Assembly (NCBI GenBank): GCA_047495785.1 | Contig: JBLDXI010000002.1 | Span: 744,001 to 808,000 of the forward strand | Reading direction: 5' to 3' | DNA length: 64,000 nucleotides | Source of the DNA: Lepidodermella squamata | Taxonomy: Eukaryota; Animalia; Gastrotricha | Part shown: in pieces, positions 37,290 through 49,857 of the stretch | Numbering within the stretch: the first letter of the stretch is position 1 | Layout of the letters: each line of letters begins with the position of its first letter | Position numbers and translations under genes: made by a program | The notes under the pieces: model-generated | Seen by the model: only the letters and a program-made list of their open reading frames with translations | Databases searched by the model: none | Told to the model about the DNA's origin: nothing

Positions 37290-40200
37290 TCAAAACGAAG
37301 CCCCAATGCGTTCCAGCAATCTCACGACCTCAATTTGCCGATGCATTCGGGCGTAGCTCATCGCTGAATGTCCTAGAGAATTTTGCATTTCCAGCAAATA
37401 CTCGTCACACTTCTGTTCCCGGGCAGCATCGACAATCAACGCAACGCAAGAAACGTGGCCGAAATTCGCCGCCAAATGCAGAGGCGTGTTTTCAAATTCG
37501 TAATCCTTTGCCAACAAATCTGCCTTGCGCTTTTTGATCAGGTACTCGACTACTGTAGAATGGCCGTTGATGCAAGCTTCCATTAAGGGAGTTCGGCCTA
37601 AATAGCCTCGATTTTCGATATCAGCCCTTCTGTCGCCAGATAGCAATAGTTTCACCACCCTCAAGTGGCCGAATGAACAGGCCCGATTTAGAGCTGTCCC
37701 ATTTTCGCTGTCTTTCATATCCAATAGATCAGGTTCGAAGTCTATGAAGTACGCTAGGACGTTGACATTGCCATTCTCAGCAGCTAAATGGATAGGGGTC
37801 GAACCTAACCCGGTTGATTTTCGCGATTTCGGAGCTGCCCTGAATAGGAAGTTGTCATCCCTCGCCCGAACATCAGCCCCCTTTTCCGTTAGGAATCTAG
37901 CCACCCTAAGATGGCCTCTAACCGCTGCTTGCATTAACGGGGTCCGACCCAACTGGCCGCGATGTTCAATGTTCGCCTTCCGCCAATTTACAAGATATTC
38001 GACGATCATGAAGTGGCCCTCAGATGCTGCGAGGTTCAAAGCTGAGTCGTTGAAGATTGTTGGCGATTCGAGGAGGTCGGGTTTGTGTTTAAGGAGGTAG
38101 TCAACGCATCCTAAGTGGCCGCGTAGCGTGGCTAGATGAATTGGGCTGGCGAGGTAATTCGCCCAGTTGCAGACAGCCTTGAGATCAGCGCCGCGTTCGA
38201 TTAGAAATTTGACGGCATCCAGATTGCCGCGATGACAGGCGTGAAGTAGTGGTGTTCGATTTTGATTAATTTGAACCTGCGAAAATGCGAATAAGGTAAT
38301 ATTCCTGATAGCGATCAAAGTTTGGTTGCACGAGATGATGTCAAAGGGCTACTTTGGAACAATCTGGCGGTTTTAATACCGAAATGATCGTCGAAAAATT
38401 CTCTATCGATTGAATATAGGGTCTTAGGGTGAGAAAAGCGAAAAGACATTGGACTCGGAATTTCCCATTTTCCGATATACATACCTGTTTCTTCTGGTTT
38501 ATCACCAAGTCTATCGAGCATAGATCAGGCTGATTTGGAAACGGAATTTGAGCTTGATCGCTCGGTCCATTCCGTCTTTCCAACAACTCTGGCCTCTTTT
38601 CCAGCAAATAATTCGCAACTTCGAAATGTGACCCATCAATCGCCAAATGAAGCGCTGTGTACTGCGCTAACGCATCCAACGCGTCGATGTTACAACTCCC
38701 TTTTTCGACAAAAAATTCGACGACTTCAAGAAACCCGCCGGCTACAGCTTGTAAAAACGGCGTCCTACCAGTTGGCATCGATAGATTTTCAACGTCTGCT
38801 TTATGCTGGGTAACTAGGTACTCGATGACAGCAAGGTGGCCATTCTCCGCCGCTTCATTCAACGCGGAAATTCCTTGATTCTTATCATTTTGCCAACGTA
38901 TATCGACCAAGATTTTGAACTCTTCTATCAGCATTTTACACACGTCCAACTGGCCATGGCGGGCAGCTCGATGGATAGGGTGTTCGATTTCCAGGTCCAA
39001 TAACGTGGAGGTATCGTCTAAAGATTGGGAGTTGGTAGAGAGGATTAAACACGCAGCTTCGTGGCTCGATTTTAAAAGGTTCCGAAGCAAGGCTACGTCG
39101 CCATTTTCAGCTGCTTGTAGCGCAATGTGAGGCTAAAAAAAGTATTAAAATTTAAAATTATAAAAATTTAAAATTCAAAGCTCACCAATTGCTCAATCGG
39201 GAATGATACATTGATTTCACCAGTTTTCACACTTTCAGGCCGTTCTAGTTCGAATTCTTCCGAATCTATCAAGGTTATTTCTCGATCCAGATCCAACAAC
39301 TCGGATTCCGGCTCAGCTTCATCATCCTTCGTCTCGGATGGCAGTTCGATTTGTGAAGTTTCAACTAATTCCACCTCAAGTTGAGAATCTGCGATCAATT
39401 CGGCCTCGATCTTGGAAGTTTCGACTAATTCCGCCGCAGCTTTTTCGATCACAACTTCCTCGGCTAAACTTGGAGATGGGGTCGGAATTTCGGCCGCAAT
39501 TTCCTCGATAGTTTCCAGTGTTCGACCCTCAGAGACAATTATTTGCTCTTCGAAATGGTCTATCTCGCATATTAGGTCATCATCGTCTGCTGATGATGAA
39601 GATTGGCTATAGTCGAACTGTTGTTCGAAAAACGAATCCTCCGCAGCTTCGTGAATTGAAATTCGCTGCTTCGGGTCTTTATCGAGCAGTTTCATGATAA
39701 GATCATTGAGAGCTTCGGAATAACCTTCGTTGGTCTCCGAAAAAGGTTCAGGTTCATTGCTGAAAAGAATTCGAAAATTATTGAAAATTTTAATTTTTTT
39801 AATTTTTTGAAAATTTATTTAATTTTGAAAAATTTTAATTTCAAATTAACTCACAATAGAATAGCTGCGACAACCCCTGGATCGTCGCCATGAAAAGGCT
39901 GCTTGAAATTGGCCAATTCATAGGCGATAATACCGATAGACCAGGCGTCACATTTCGGCGTATAGGCCTTGAATTGCCACAATTCAGGCGCCGAATAAGG
40001 CCAAAACAGCGGCGTGTGTCTGACAATATCCGAATCGGCGTGAAAATCGCGCAATTTCGCCTCTGATTCCGCGAGGCTGAAGCCGGAAAGCTTCAAAACT
40101 GGCCGTTGGCTATCTCGGCTATTTTCGCACCCGCTGCATGATGATGCTGATGACTCATCAACGTATTGTATTAGCACGTTTTTGGCCTGGAGGTTGCGGT

Positions 40201-40861
40201 GAACGTAACCCGAGTCGTGAATGAATTTCAAGGCGCTTATTAACTGGTGGAGCCAGGTTTGAATTTGAAATTCGGGCAGGGCTGGTTTGTTGTTGGCCAA
40301 GCGAGATTGGATGTAATCAGCCAAATTGCCACCTTGGCAGAATTCTTGGACGGAAATGTACATGCTATCGCCATCACAGCTTTCTAAAAAAATTGAAAAA
40401 ATTGAAAAAATTGAAATTGAAGGTAAACATATAATTTTTAAATTTTTCACAATTTTAAATTTAAAATTTCAATAAAAATTTCAATTTTTAATTTTTAAAA
40501 TAGACTTCGAAAAATTTAATTTAATTTATGCTTCGATAAATGAAAATTTACCTCCGAACCAGCCGTAACTCTTGACTATATTAGGATGTTGAAACCTCAG
40601 CAATTTTTCATGTTCCAACCGCGAAATTTCCACATATTTTCGCTTTTCACTGCTATTCGACAGGCGATCGTGGCCAACTTTAGCGAGATGGAGCTCTTTC
40701 AGATAGAAATCAATAACTCGCTGTTGGACATGCATCGATAGGCCGAAACTGCCGCCGCTTAGCAGAGTAGCTATAGCATTTGAGGCATTACTTGAAAGAA
40801 TTTTAACCACATTGAAGTCGAGCCTCGATTTAAACTCCAATACCGCTTTATTCTCGGACAT
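37290..40861 (-). CDS. Pseudokinase + acidic linker + ankyrin-repeat protein
   Basis: Approximate exons 40861-40552, 40383-39855, 39759-39186, 39132-38485, 38276-37290. Kinase fold (HPNIV, EFCQGG, YSAPE, DAWSIG) with HRN and SGF in place of HRD and DFG. More than 12 ANK repeats (TPLxxA..GH..VV.YL). Confidence 0.82.
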
Positions 40862-42397
40862 TTTTTTTTAAAAAGTCGAAATTAAGTCATAATTTAATAA
40901 GCTATAAAATTGAAAAAATTAAAATTATTGAAAATTAATAAAAAACCATCGTATAATTTCCTTCCCCAGATATTTCCGCAAAAATTCCTAGCAGCGTGAA
41001 AGAGTAATAACAAGCTTTATCAGGTGAGTGGGTGTAGGTTTTTAGGGCAGCTAATAATTTTTTTGCCTCATAAAGGTGGGATTTTTATAGAGTTCGCCCA
41101 ATCTTGAGCTCATTTACTTGGAATAACAAAAAAAGAAGAAATTGGTGGATAATAAAGTGTGCATAGAGGTATGACGTGACAAGTTATTACGACTTGATAT
41201 TATTATTTCAGCGCGAGTGCCTCTTCGCCTCGCTCGCGTCCTTAATTGAGTCGATTGAGGCGCGGTTGCGGTGTCTTTTTACCGCACGCATCATCGCCAA
41301 GGTGCGCGCGCGCAAAAATTTGCGCAATACTATAATTATTACAACATCACGCCTCATTGCACTGACATGAATAGAAACCTGTAATTTATTTTGCTATTTT
41401 TTTCGAAGAATATAAGTCGTCAATTTTTTAATCAGAATGAAGACAGTTATTGACAACCTGTGGAGGAAGTTATGCACAGAAGAGGCTATATAACAACAAA
41501 ATGATGCGATTTGCCACGTCAAGAGTTGGCCCAGTGCAAAACGGTGCGATCAAAAGCTGGACGATAATTGAAAAAAAATTAATTAGCTCTCTTTCATACG
41601 AGTGCAAGAAAAGTTTAATATTTTCGCCTGATGTGCGCATAAACTTTTAATTGCAATGCAATAATATTATTGCAAAAATCGAATTCATTACGGTATGAAT
41701 AAAGCGTTTGGGAGAAGGGTTCTCTTGTCAAAGTGGACGATGCCAATAATATAATCTCTCAGTTTTTGGATCGATGTGTGTTCGATGTGTATTCAAGAAA
41801 AAAACAAAAGCCGCCTTATTATAATGCGCGTTTTCCTCGTTTTGTTTGCTCAAGCCGTGTGTTTGACAAACAATTATTCACGAATTTTTTCGAAATCCAT
41901 GAAGAAAAGCGGAAAAAATTGAAAGGCGTATTTTTTGAGATGATATAGCCAGGAAGACTCGAAGATAAACAAAATGCATCCAGCTGTGTCCAGATTTGTA
42001 TATTACTCGGAGAGTCTACGCTATTATTTACCGGTTTTTCCGCGTTTTTTTCCCCTGCGAGCATTTCTGTGTGTACTCGCAGTTCAATTATCATAACACG
42101 TGCGATTTTTTTATTGATCAGCGTATGTGAGCGGGGAGCAGGAATAAATTGATTTATTAGCCTGCATTTTTTATGCGATTTTCTATAATGAAGCTCTCGT
42201 AATAGTGATCCCATATTATTATAGGAATCAGTTTCTTCCTTATTCGTCCCATTTTTCGATTTTCTAGAAACAATTCGGTAATAAAAACATTTTTTATTTT
42301 TTTCACAAAAATTGAGCGGACGCAATGAAGGGACAAACAATATTTTTGAGGTGGTATAAAATTTTAATAAAATGACTAAAATTTTCGGAATCGTCCT

Positions 42398-43072
42398 TCA
42401 CCTGAGCGAGACGTAAGAGATGACCAGTGAAACTATGCCTGAAATTACTGCGAGGCTGGATTGAGTCTGAATCTATAAATATATGCTTTTTTCATAATAA
42501 TAATCAATTAGGAAATTTAATCTATACCAATTTTTCGGCTGAATTACACAACTCCTCTTGGCAACAGTGAATCGTCTGAACAAGATCGCTAACGCTTGAA
42601 GGGCAAATATGCTGACAAATTCTAAGAATAATATAGAATTATTTGAAATAATTGAGAAAAAATAAAATAATCGCAAAAATTGATACCTATCGATTCGATG
42701 AAGGCTGCCAAAATTTGTCACCATTTTCTGTGAAAAAAAAATTAAAAAATTCTCGGAAGAATTGCTAAAAGCGGAACTCACCACACACATCTTCCCGGGA
42801 CAAGGTGCAACTGTCGTAGGATTATCACATTCTGTAATTAAAAATTATGGAAAATGAAAATATATTTCATTTTTATGGTTTTAACAAACCGGCGCAGACG
42901 TAGCAGTAGATGAAATCCAGATGATCTGAAAATATTATATAGAAAAATCCGAAAAGTCCCTTTTTTAAGACTTACCAGCTTTACAAGGCTCGCTTAATAA
43001 TAAAAATAGGCATAGGAAAGTCGGAAGAACAGCCAAGGCCGATTTTGTACGTGAAATCAGCGATTTATTCAT
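42398..43072 (-). CDS. GPI-anchored Ly6/uPAR (three-finger) protein, 130 aa, six small exons
   Basis: Exons 43072-42976, 42925-42890, 42831-42782, 42727-42687, 42621-42528, 42472-42398 give MNKSLIS...EPCKA-DHLDFIYCYVCAECDNPTTVAPCPGKMCVKMVTNFGSLHRIDRICQHICPSSVSDLVQTIHCCQEELCNSAEKL-IQTQSSLAVISGIVSLVISYVSLR. Ten Cys, CCxxxLCN, hydrophobic tail. Confidence 0.9.
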
Positions 43073-43740
43073 TCTAAAAACGAAAAATAAATTTCGGAAA
43101 AAATCGCCACGATAACGCGCAGTTATTAGCTGTTAATTACTGATTGCTCAAAGTGCCCCATATAATCAGGTAATTAATTATTAGCCGAAATATAGCGTCG
43201 GTATTTTCGGTGTCTCGAGACTCGCTATGCAAACACACTTTATAACAAGAGTCGTAGCAAGCCTCTTGACTCGACTCGCCAGTTCTTATTATATGTTGGG
43301 ACGGGTGGGTACAAATCAGTCGTATACCACCAACATATAAAGCAAGTGACGCGCCTCAAAGTCAAGTTTTTGTCACATCTGTCTGTCGCTAAAAAGAGTA
43401 GGTACGCGGATTACGGTTGTCTCGCGACGCTGCTGTGATCGCTGGCATATGCGGGGCGAAAAATAACGACAACAATAATAACAATAACATATAGGCATTC
43501 GGTATATTGCTGTTTGTTTTATACACCCTATATACTACCGCCTGTGCGCAAACAAACGATTTACTGCATGTACACCCTATGCTCCATCTCTACCTTTATC
43601 AAATGTAGGGAAGGAATTTAAAAATATTTACATTGCGAACTTGATATTTCTAATTTTTTCTTAGTATACGATTTTTCGAATCTATCCCAGACTAATTTCT
43701 AAAAAATTATAGCTGGTTACAGTTATTTTTGAAAATTCTA

Positions 43741-43940
43741 TACAACGCGTCCCATAAGTTGCTCAACTATTTTTTTTTAATTTTTAAATTAAACCTACCG
43801 AGAAAAAAATCCATCTTTTATTCGCGATGTAACGAAGAAATAAAAAATTTACCGGGAAAACCCGAAACAACCGATGGCAACTGGTTCGGTAATTTTCGGT
43901 ATTTTACCCGGTTGGACCAAATTTTTCCGGACTTTTTAAT
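43741..43940 (+). mobile_element. Dispersed repeat / Tc1-mariner-like MITE fragment (copy 1)
   Basis: TACAACGCGTCCC start (compare TACAGCGTGTCCC at 47960), AAATTAAACCTAYCG block, and the CCGATGGYAACTGG..GGTAATTTTCGGTATTTTACCCGGTTGGACC arm. Confidence 0.6.
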
Positions 43941-44229
43941 CCCATCAACAAGTAACATACCTGATTTTTAAAAAAAATTCTAAAATCTAAAATCAGAATG
44001 GGTTTGGCAAAAATGAAAAATTAATGAACTCCTGGATCCGGTCCACTGGGGATACCGATAATTAGCGAACCCGGCAGCAACCAGGTTTTGTGCCTGGTGA
44101 GATCGTGGAAATCTTTAAATGCCCATGGTAAGTCTTACTTTGAAAAAGATCGAATCTTATTAATCGAATATTTTTAGCTTTATTCGTAAAAACAGCTGTG
44201 AAATAAATTAATGTTTTCAATGTTAATGT

Positions 44230-45884
44230 TCATCCGAGTGGCACGGTAGTAAAAGGTGAGAATAAAATCAAGCGAATAGCGCCTGATGGATTTACTTCGA
44301 GCATGATTTTATCAGTGCTTCGAAACACGCCCAGATCAGCGCCGGTGAACACATCCGTTGCTCTGAAAATTCGGCCGTTAACAGCTCGCCCGATGATAGT
44401 TAGCAGGGAATAATCGCGAATTCGAATCGGCCCGCCTGTTGAGTCGTCAATATTTATCGCGGCTACTGCGTAACGCCCGTAAGATAGTTGCCGTGCCCAT
44501 ATTTGACGATTCGGAAGCTGGAAAAAATTCAGAAAAAAATAATGAAAAAATTCCAAGACTTTTATAATTTTAATTGTAATGAAATTGAATTTTCCCTAAA
44601 ATTGAATGAAAAATTCCGAACCTTGGCAACGAGCCAAGCCGCTTTTCCCATTGGATCCTGATTAATTTCAATCAGCTGCTTGTTTTTCAGCAATTGAGCA
44701 CTTTCTCGGCTAATTGTTCGCAAGTCATTTGACCTATATAGTTCTTTGAAAAATATTCGAAAATTATCGAAACATTCAAATTTTACATAAATAGTGGAGC
44801 AGCAAACATAGCCCACATGCCGAGTTGTAGGCGTTGCTGGTCGCTTGAAAGGCCGTAATTGCCTACAACAATCATGTCCGGATCCGGGAAAGCGCCTGGT
44901 TTGGCGGATTCCAGGAAAAAACCGATGTTTTTCGAATAATGCTCGATCACGCCCCAAACTGAGTGTATTGAATCTTGAATATCGTGGAAATTCCGATAAG
45001 CATTGCAGAAGGTAGCTACTAAAGCATAGTTGGTCTAAAAAAAATTCAGGATTTTTCGTTAATTTTTCTTAATTATGACTCACAGTTGTGACATTATTTG
45101 CATATTCATAAAGAGGCCATTCACACGTTAGCAGCATCGGCTGGCCAGTTTTGTTCAGGGCCTGAGCGAATAGGATTTGATGATAAGCCGCTAGCTGGGG
45201 CGGGCCATTACAGCCGTCCAATTTGATGGCATCAACGCCCCAATCGATGAAAGTTCGAATGTCAAGGTCATAGAAACCCATGGAACCTGGGTACCCGGCA
45301 CAGGTATAAGTTCCATGGTCAGCATAAATTCCCAACTTCAATCCTCTTGAAAAAATTATAAAAAAAATCAAGTAAGTGAAAATTAATTTTTTATTGAAAT
45401 TTTAAAAATATTGAAACATTTCAAATTAAAAAAAATCAAAATTCAAAAATTTTAAAAAATTTAATTTAAAAAAATCTAAATTTTAAAATTAATTTGTTGA
45501 TAATTTTTTAAGTTAATTTAAGTTAATAATTTTTTTAACTTGTTACCTCGCATGGACGTAATCTGAGAGAAATTTGATGCCACGTGGAAATCGTTTCTTA
45601 TCAGGCACCAGCCGATACGTGACAACATCGCGTTGCCTCTCCATCCAACAATCATCAATGTGAATGTATTCATAACCGGCGTCCGCGTAACCGTCCTCAA
45701 ACAACCGTTCCGCCATGTCCATGATTAAACTTTCCGAGATGCAGTCATCCGGAAACTGGTCACAGTCGACGTTACACCGGAACCGCGCCCATGTCATCCA
45801 ACCCATGGGCGGGGTTCGGCCAAGGCCATTTTCCAAGGCTTCAGCACTTGCTAGCAACAATAATAAAGCGACAAGAGGTGTCAT
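44230..45884 (-). CDS. GH27 alpha-galactosidase (GLA/NAGA family; GLA-type CEWPLY)
   Basis: Five exons. LENGLGRTPPMGW, IDDCW, TCAGYPGS, KLDGC (nucleophile), CEWPLY, DPDMIVVGN, INQDPMG. Confidence 0.92.
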
Positions 45885-46594
45885 TTTAAATAAATATAGG
45901 TATTAAAATTGTTCACAATTTTGTGCTGGGGTGACAAATTTCTATTCGCTCATCTCAGTTTTTTGTTGTTGTGGTATGGAACAAAATGAACTGGCCGTTA
46001 ATTGCTGCTGGTGGTCATAAAGAAATTGCATGTAAGCTGTCGAGAGTGGTTTCTGGTCGACGTCGACGTGTTTCTTTTTTTTCTTCGCATGTTCAGGTAG
46101 ATATTACACATTCCTACTACTTCATAATACTTAGTAACGGGCTTGTGAGGCTACTTGACGTGAACGTTTCATGAAAAAATACCCAGTTCTTGCGGCTATT
46201 GTTTTTTTAAACTTGTACAGGTGTCATCGTCGTGGAGCGACGTAAATTGCTGCTCATTTTCCGCGGCGCAAATGCGGTTTTCGCGCAAATTTAGAAAAAC
46301 CTAAACTCAAGTCGATTAAGAGCAAGTTTCATGAATAATATCTATTAATGAAATTTCAAAATGACTGCTGCGGAAACGATTTTAGGGTGATTAACTGAAA
46401 CTTTAGCTTGAAAATTTGAAATTTAAAATTTAAATAAGAATTTTTTCAGTAAATTGAAATTTTAAAAGGGATCGGCCGATATCGATTCCAAGTATCGATT
46501 TTACAAATCAGTGATTTTTTCGATATCAGCCGTCGTGGAACGCAATATTGATGATTTTTCTACAATTTTTCAATTATTTGGACCTTTCAACTAT

Positions 46595-46756
46595 TTTTGA
46601 AATTAAACCTATCGGGAGCATTTCTCGCAATTTATCCGCGATTTTATCGTAGAAAAATTAAAATTTTACTGGAGAATGCCCGAAAAACCTCGATTGTATC
46701 AGGTTCGGTAGTTTTCGGTATTTTACCCGGTTGGACCAGTTTTTGTCGGGATTTTT
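46595..46756 (+). mobile_element. Dispersed repeat fragment (copy 2)
   Basis: Aligns with 43781-43935 and 48116-48390. Confidence 0.6.
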
Positions 46757-47132
46757 ACTTTACTTTTACTTCAAGTAATAAACGTTAAAACCATTCATGT
46801 GACATTTGTAAGATTTTTCGGCAAGCGATCCAACCTCTCATTTCAGACCTTTTGATTTCTATTCCGTGTATTAAATTATTTCTCAAGTTTAATTTTGGGA
46901 AAATTTGATAAATTTGTAGCGAAAAAAGTCCGGTATTGGAGACGATCGCGCAAATTTTGGGACATGCAGTCCGAGAAGAACCAAAGGTCGCTTGTTATCA
47001 GGAAAATTCAGGTCTGAGAATGTTGAAACAGTTGAATTTGTTCGGCAAAAAAACGAAAATTTTCGAAAATTAAAAATCTTTTATTTCTGAAACACTTTTG
47101 ATCATCGCTTGCAGATCATAATATATTATTAT

Positions 47133-49857
47133 CTATTTGTGTTTTGAAGCATTATATTGCAAGGATTTCACGAGATTGAACCGAAGTTGTTTACTGTACT
47201 CGGCCAGCATGCAGTAGAGGCACTGGTCGAGCGCGTAAAAGTGCCTCATGTGCACATCCTGCGACACAATCAGCGACAATTTGAACGGGTGCATGAACAG
47301 CCAATCACTGCGGTAGCCGGCCCAGGGCATCCGGCGATTAACGCCGTCTGTATTAACGCCAGCCGCGTCTAGGATGCCTTTAGTCGCGTCTTCGAAGCAC
47401 GCGAATGTCGTTTGGATGGCGACTTCTTGAAACACCTTGTGATGATTCGCGAGTTCGAACATGGCCACGGCGCTTGCGAAGTGCTGTTTTGATATGTAGA
47501 AGGCGTCGGCCGGCGACTGTATCACGCGTCTCGTGCCACCGGTTCGCCGAGCCAGGTTCTGCAGGCACTGCGAGAAAACGATGACTGATCCATTACCGGC
47601 TAATTTCTCAAGATCCTATGAAAGTAAAAACACATGAATATTAATTTCATAAAAAATAAAATGTTGAGCCAATCATATTTCTTGGAACGTAATTTTCGAT
47701 AAAATATTCGAAAAAACTTTGAAATAAAAAAAATTAAAATTCCTCAATAAATCAGAATTATCAGAATTTGAATTGGATTTCAAGTCGCCCTGACTTTGCC
47801 ATTATTATTTTCGATGAGTTTATAGCGTGAAGTTTCGGGTTAATCGATGAATCTTTTTCCAATAACTAAATGCGGACAATTTTCAGAAAAGCTGATGACT
47901 CTGATTTATGGTAGAGACCCGAAATTTAGCGCTCCGGCACAAAACCGAGGGTCCAAAATTACAGCGTGTCCCAGAAGTTGCGCAACTATTTTTTAATTTG
48001 GCAGCGTTTTTTAAGAAATTCAAATAATTTTTGCAGACCGTCATAACAGCAAATACCTAAATAGCAAACGCGACATTTTCAAAAGATTTGCTGTTTTGTC
48101 GCCCTACCATAATATTTTTCAAATTAAACCTATCGAGAGATTATTTCTCATATTTAAGCCGCGATTTAACCGAAGAAATAAAAGCGTGTCCTATGAATTC
48201 CGTAACCATTTTGTAATTTCAAAAAATTTTCAAGGACATTTTTTTGGAATTAAGCCCACTTGGGGGAATCTTCCATCCGTTATCCACGATTTTACCGAAG
48301 AAATTGAAAATTTACTAGAGAAAACCCGGAAAATCTCGATGGTAACTGGATCGGTAATTTTCGGTATGGACCGAATTTTTCCGGAATTTTAATCCCATTA
48401 TAACTGGATATCTAGTTTCGTGATTTTTTGAATTTTTCTTAAATTTTTCTAGTCATGAGAGAGAACTACGCCTGTCATTTTAGTGTTTCTTAACCTTTCT
48501 CCCAGTTTAAGAGTTACACTTCAGTTGAGCCGACATCGATTTCAAGTATCGATTTTACAAATCAATAAATTTCCGATATCGACAGTCTTGCAAGCCAAAA
48601 ACGAAAAATTTCAGAGCTGGAACCTCAAATTGTTTGGGCCCATTTCCATAGAAATTCTTCTGAATTTTGGCATCGGTCTCATTTTTTACATTATTTTACA
48701 ACATTATTTTTTCCCATCTCTTTATTGGCTAATTTTTTTAAATTATTTTATAAAATTATTTTTTAATTTATAAATTTTATAAAATAATTGATAAAAAAAA
48801 TTTCTGTACGCTAATTCTCTAGCTTATATTCATGAGATGGCTATTCTTAAAGAAAAAATTTACTTACATTATAAAAATTGATTGTCTCTGGCTGGAACAT
48901 GCGCGGCCAATTCGGCCACGAATTCGGAATATTACACGGCCCAGCCGGTGATACATGGCACGCATTCAACGAATCGACATTGTAGACCACCCCAGCCGCC
49001 ATAGCTTGACTCTTATCCAGATCAAACGCCACCGAGCCAGATTTCGACTCCGGAAATAAATTCCAATAATTCATCAACAAATCATCAGCCATGACCAGAA
49101 CACCATCCAGCTTATCCCGCTCTAGCAAATCGCCGAAAAATTCGGAAGAGCCAAGGGCTAAATTGAAGCACATGTAGAGATTCTCGCCGAAATCTGGCAA
49201 ATCCGGCTTGTAGGTAAGAAAAAGCGGCGCGAGTCGATTCGCCGTATCCGAGCCGTGAAATCGCTCGATTGCGACTCGGAAAATGTCAACCGGAGTTGAA
49301 GGCCCGCAAAATAGAATTTTCGCGAAAATCCCGCGGTAAAACGCCTCAATTAACGCCGCAACCTCGTAATTAGCCGCTCGATTAAAGGTCACGATCAGCC
49401 CGATTCGATTTGACAATTTATCGAATAAATCGAGAGCAATTTTCGATTTATTCACAATATCTTCAGAGCGGTTTGAACTTGTCGAGTCGAGATAGGAAAA
49501 TCGAGGCGGTAAATGGCGAGGTTCGAACATGCATCGGCCGCTTGATTTGACCTCGGAGCAGATTAAACTCTCCAATCGCGATGTTGGGAATAAATTATGA
49601 GGCGATTCTTCGAGATTTTTCTCAGATTTTTCTTCTTGAATTTTCACGACTGAAAACGACCTTCGAACCTCGAGGATAGCCGTTCGACCCGGCCAGCCTG
49701 AGCTGGATAGAGCCATGAAGTCCAGCAGGGTTTGGCCTTGTAGTAACAGGCCTGATAGCACGACGAGGCCGAGTAGGATGGCATAGGCGCGTAATTTTCG
49801 TTTGCTGATCAAAATAACGTGGTGTTTTGTTGACGTGTAAGTTTGAACTACAGCCAT
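47133..49857 (-). CDS. STELLO/DUF288-like type II membrane putative glycosyltransferase
   Basis: Exons 49857-48868 and 47615-47133 (phase 0). N-terminal TM anchor. LIVTFN..YRGIFAKILFCG, YMC, GVLVMADDLLMNYWN, ADAFYI, FQEVAI, HPFKLS motifs. Confidence 0.75.
47960..48392 (+). mobile_element. Dispersed repeat / Tc1-mariner-like MITE fragment (copy 3), intronic
   Basis: TA|CAGCGTGTCCC terminus-like start and the same internal blocks as copies 1 and 2. Confidence 0.6.

Noticed and set aside
41176-42340. ORFs 41819-42340 and neighbours
   Set aside because: AT-rich with no recognisable motifs or splice logic; probably the Ly6 3' UTR or kinase upstream regulatory DNA.
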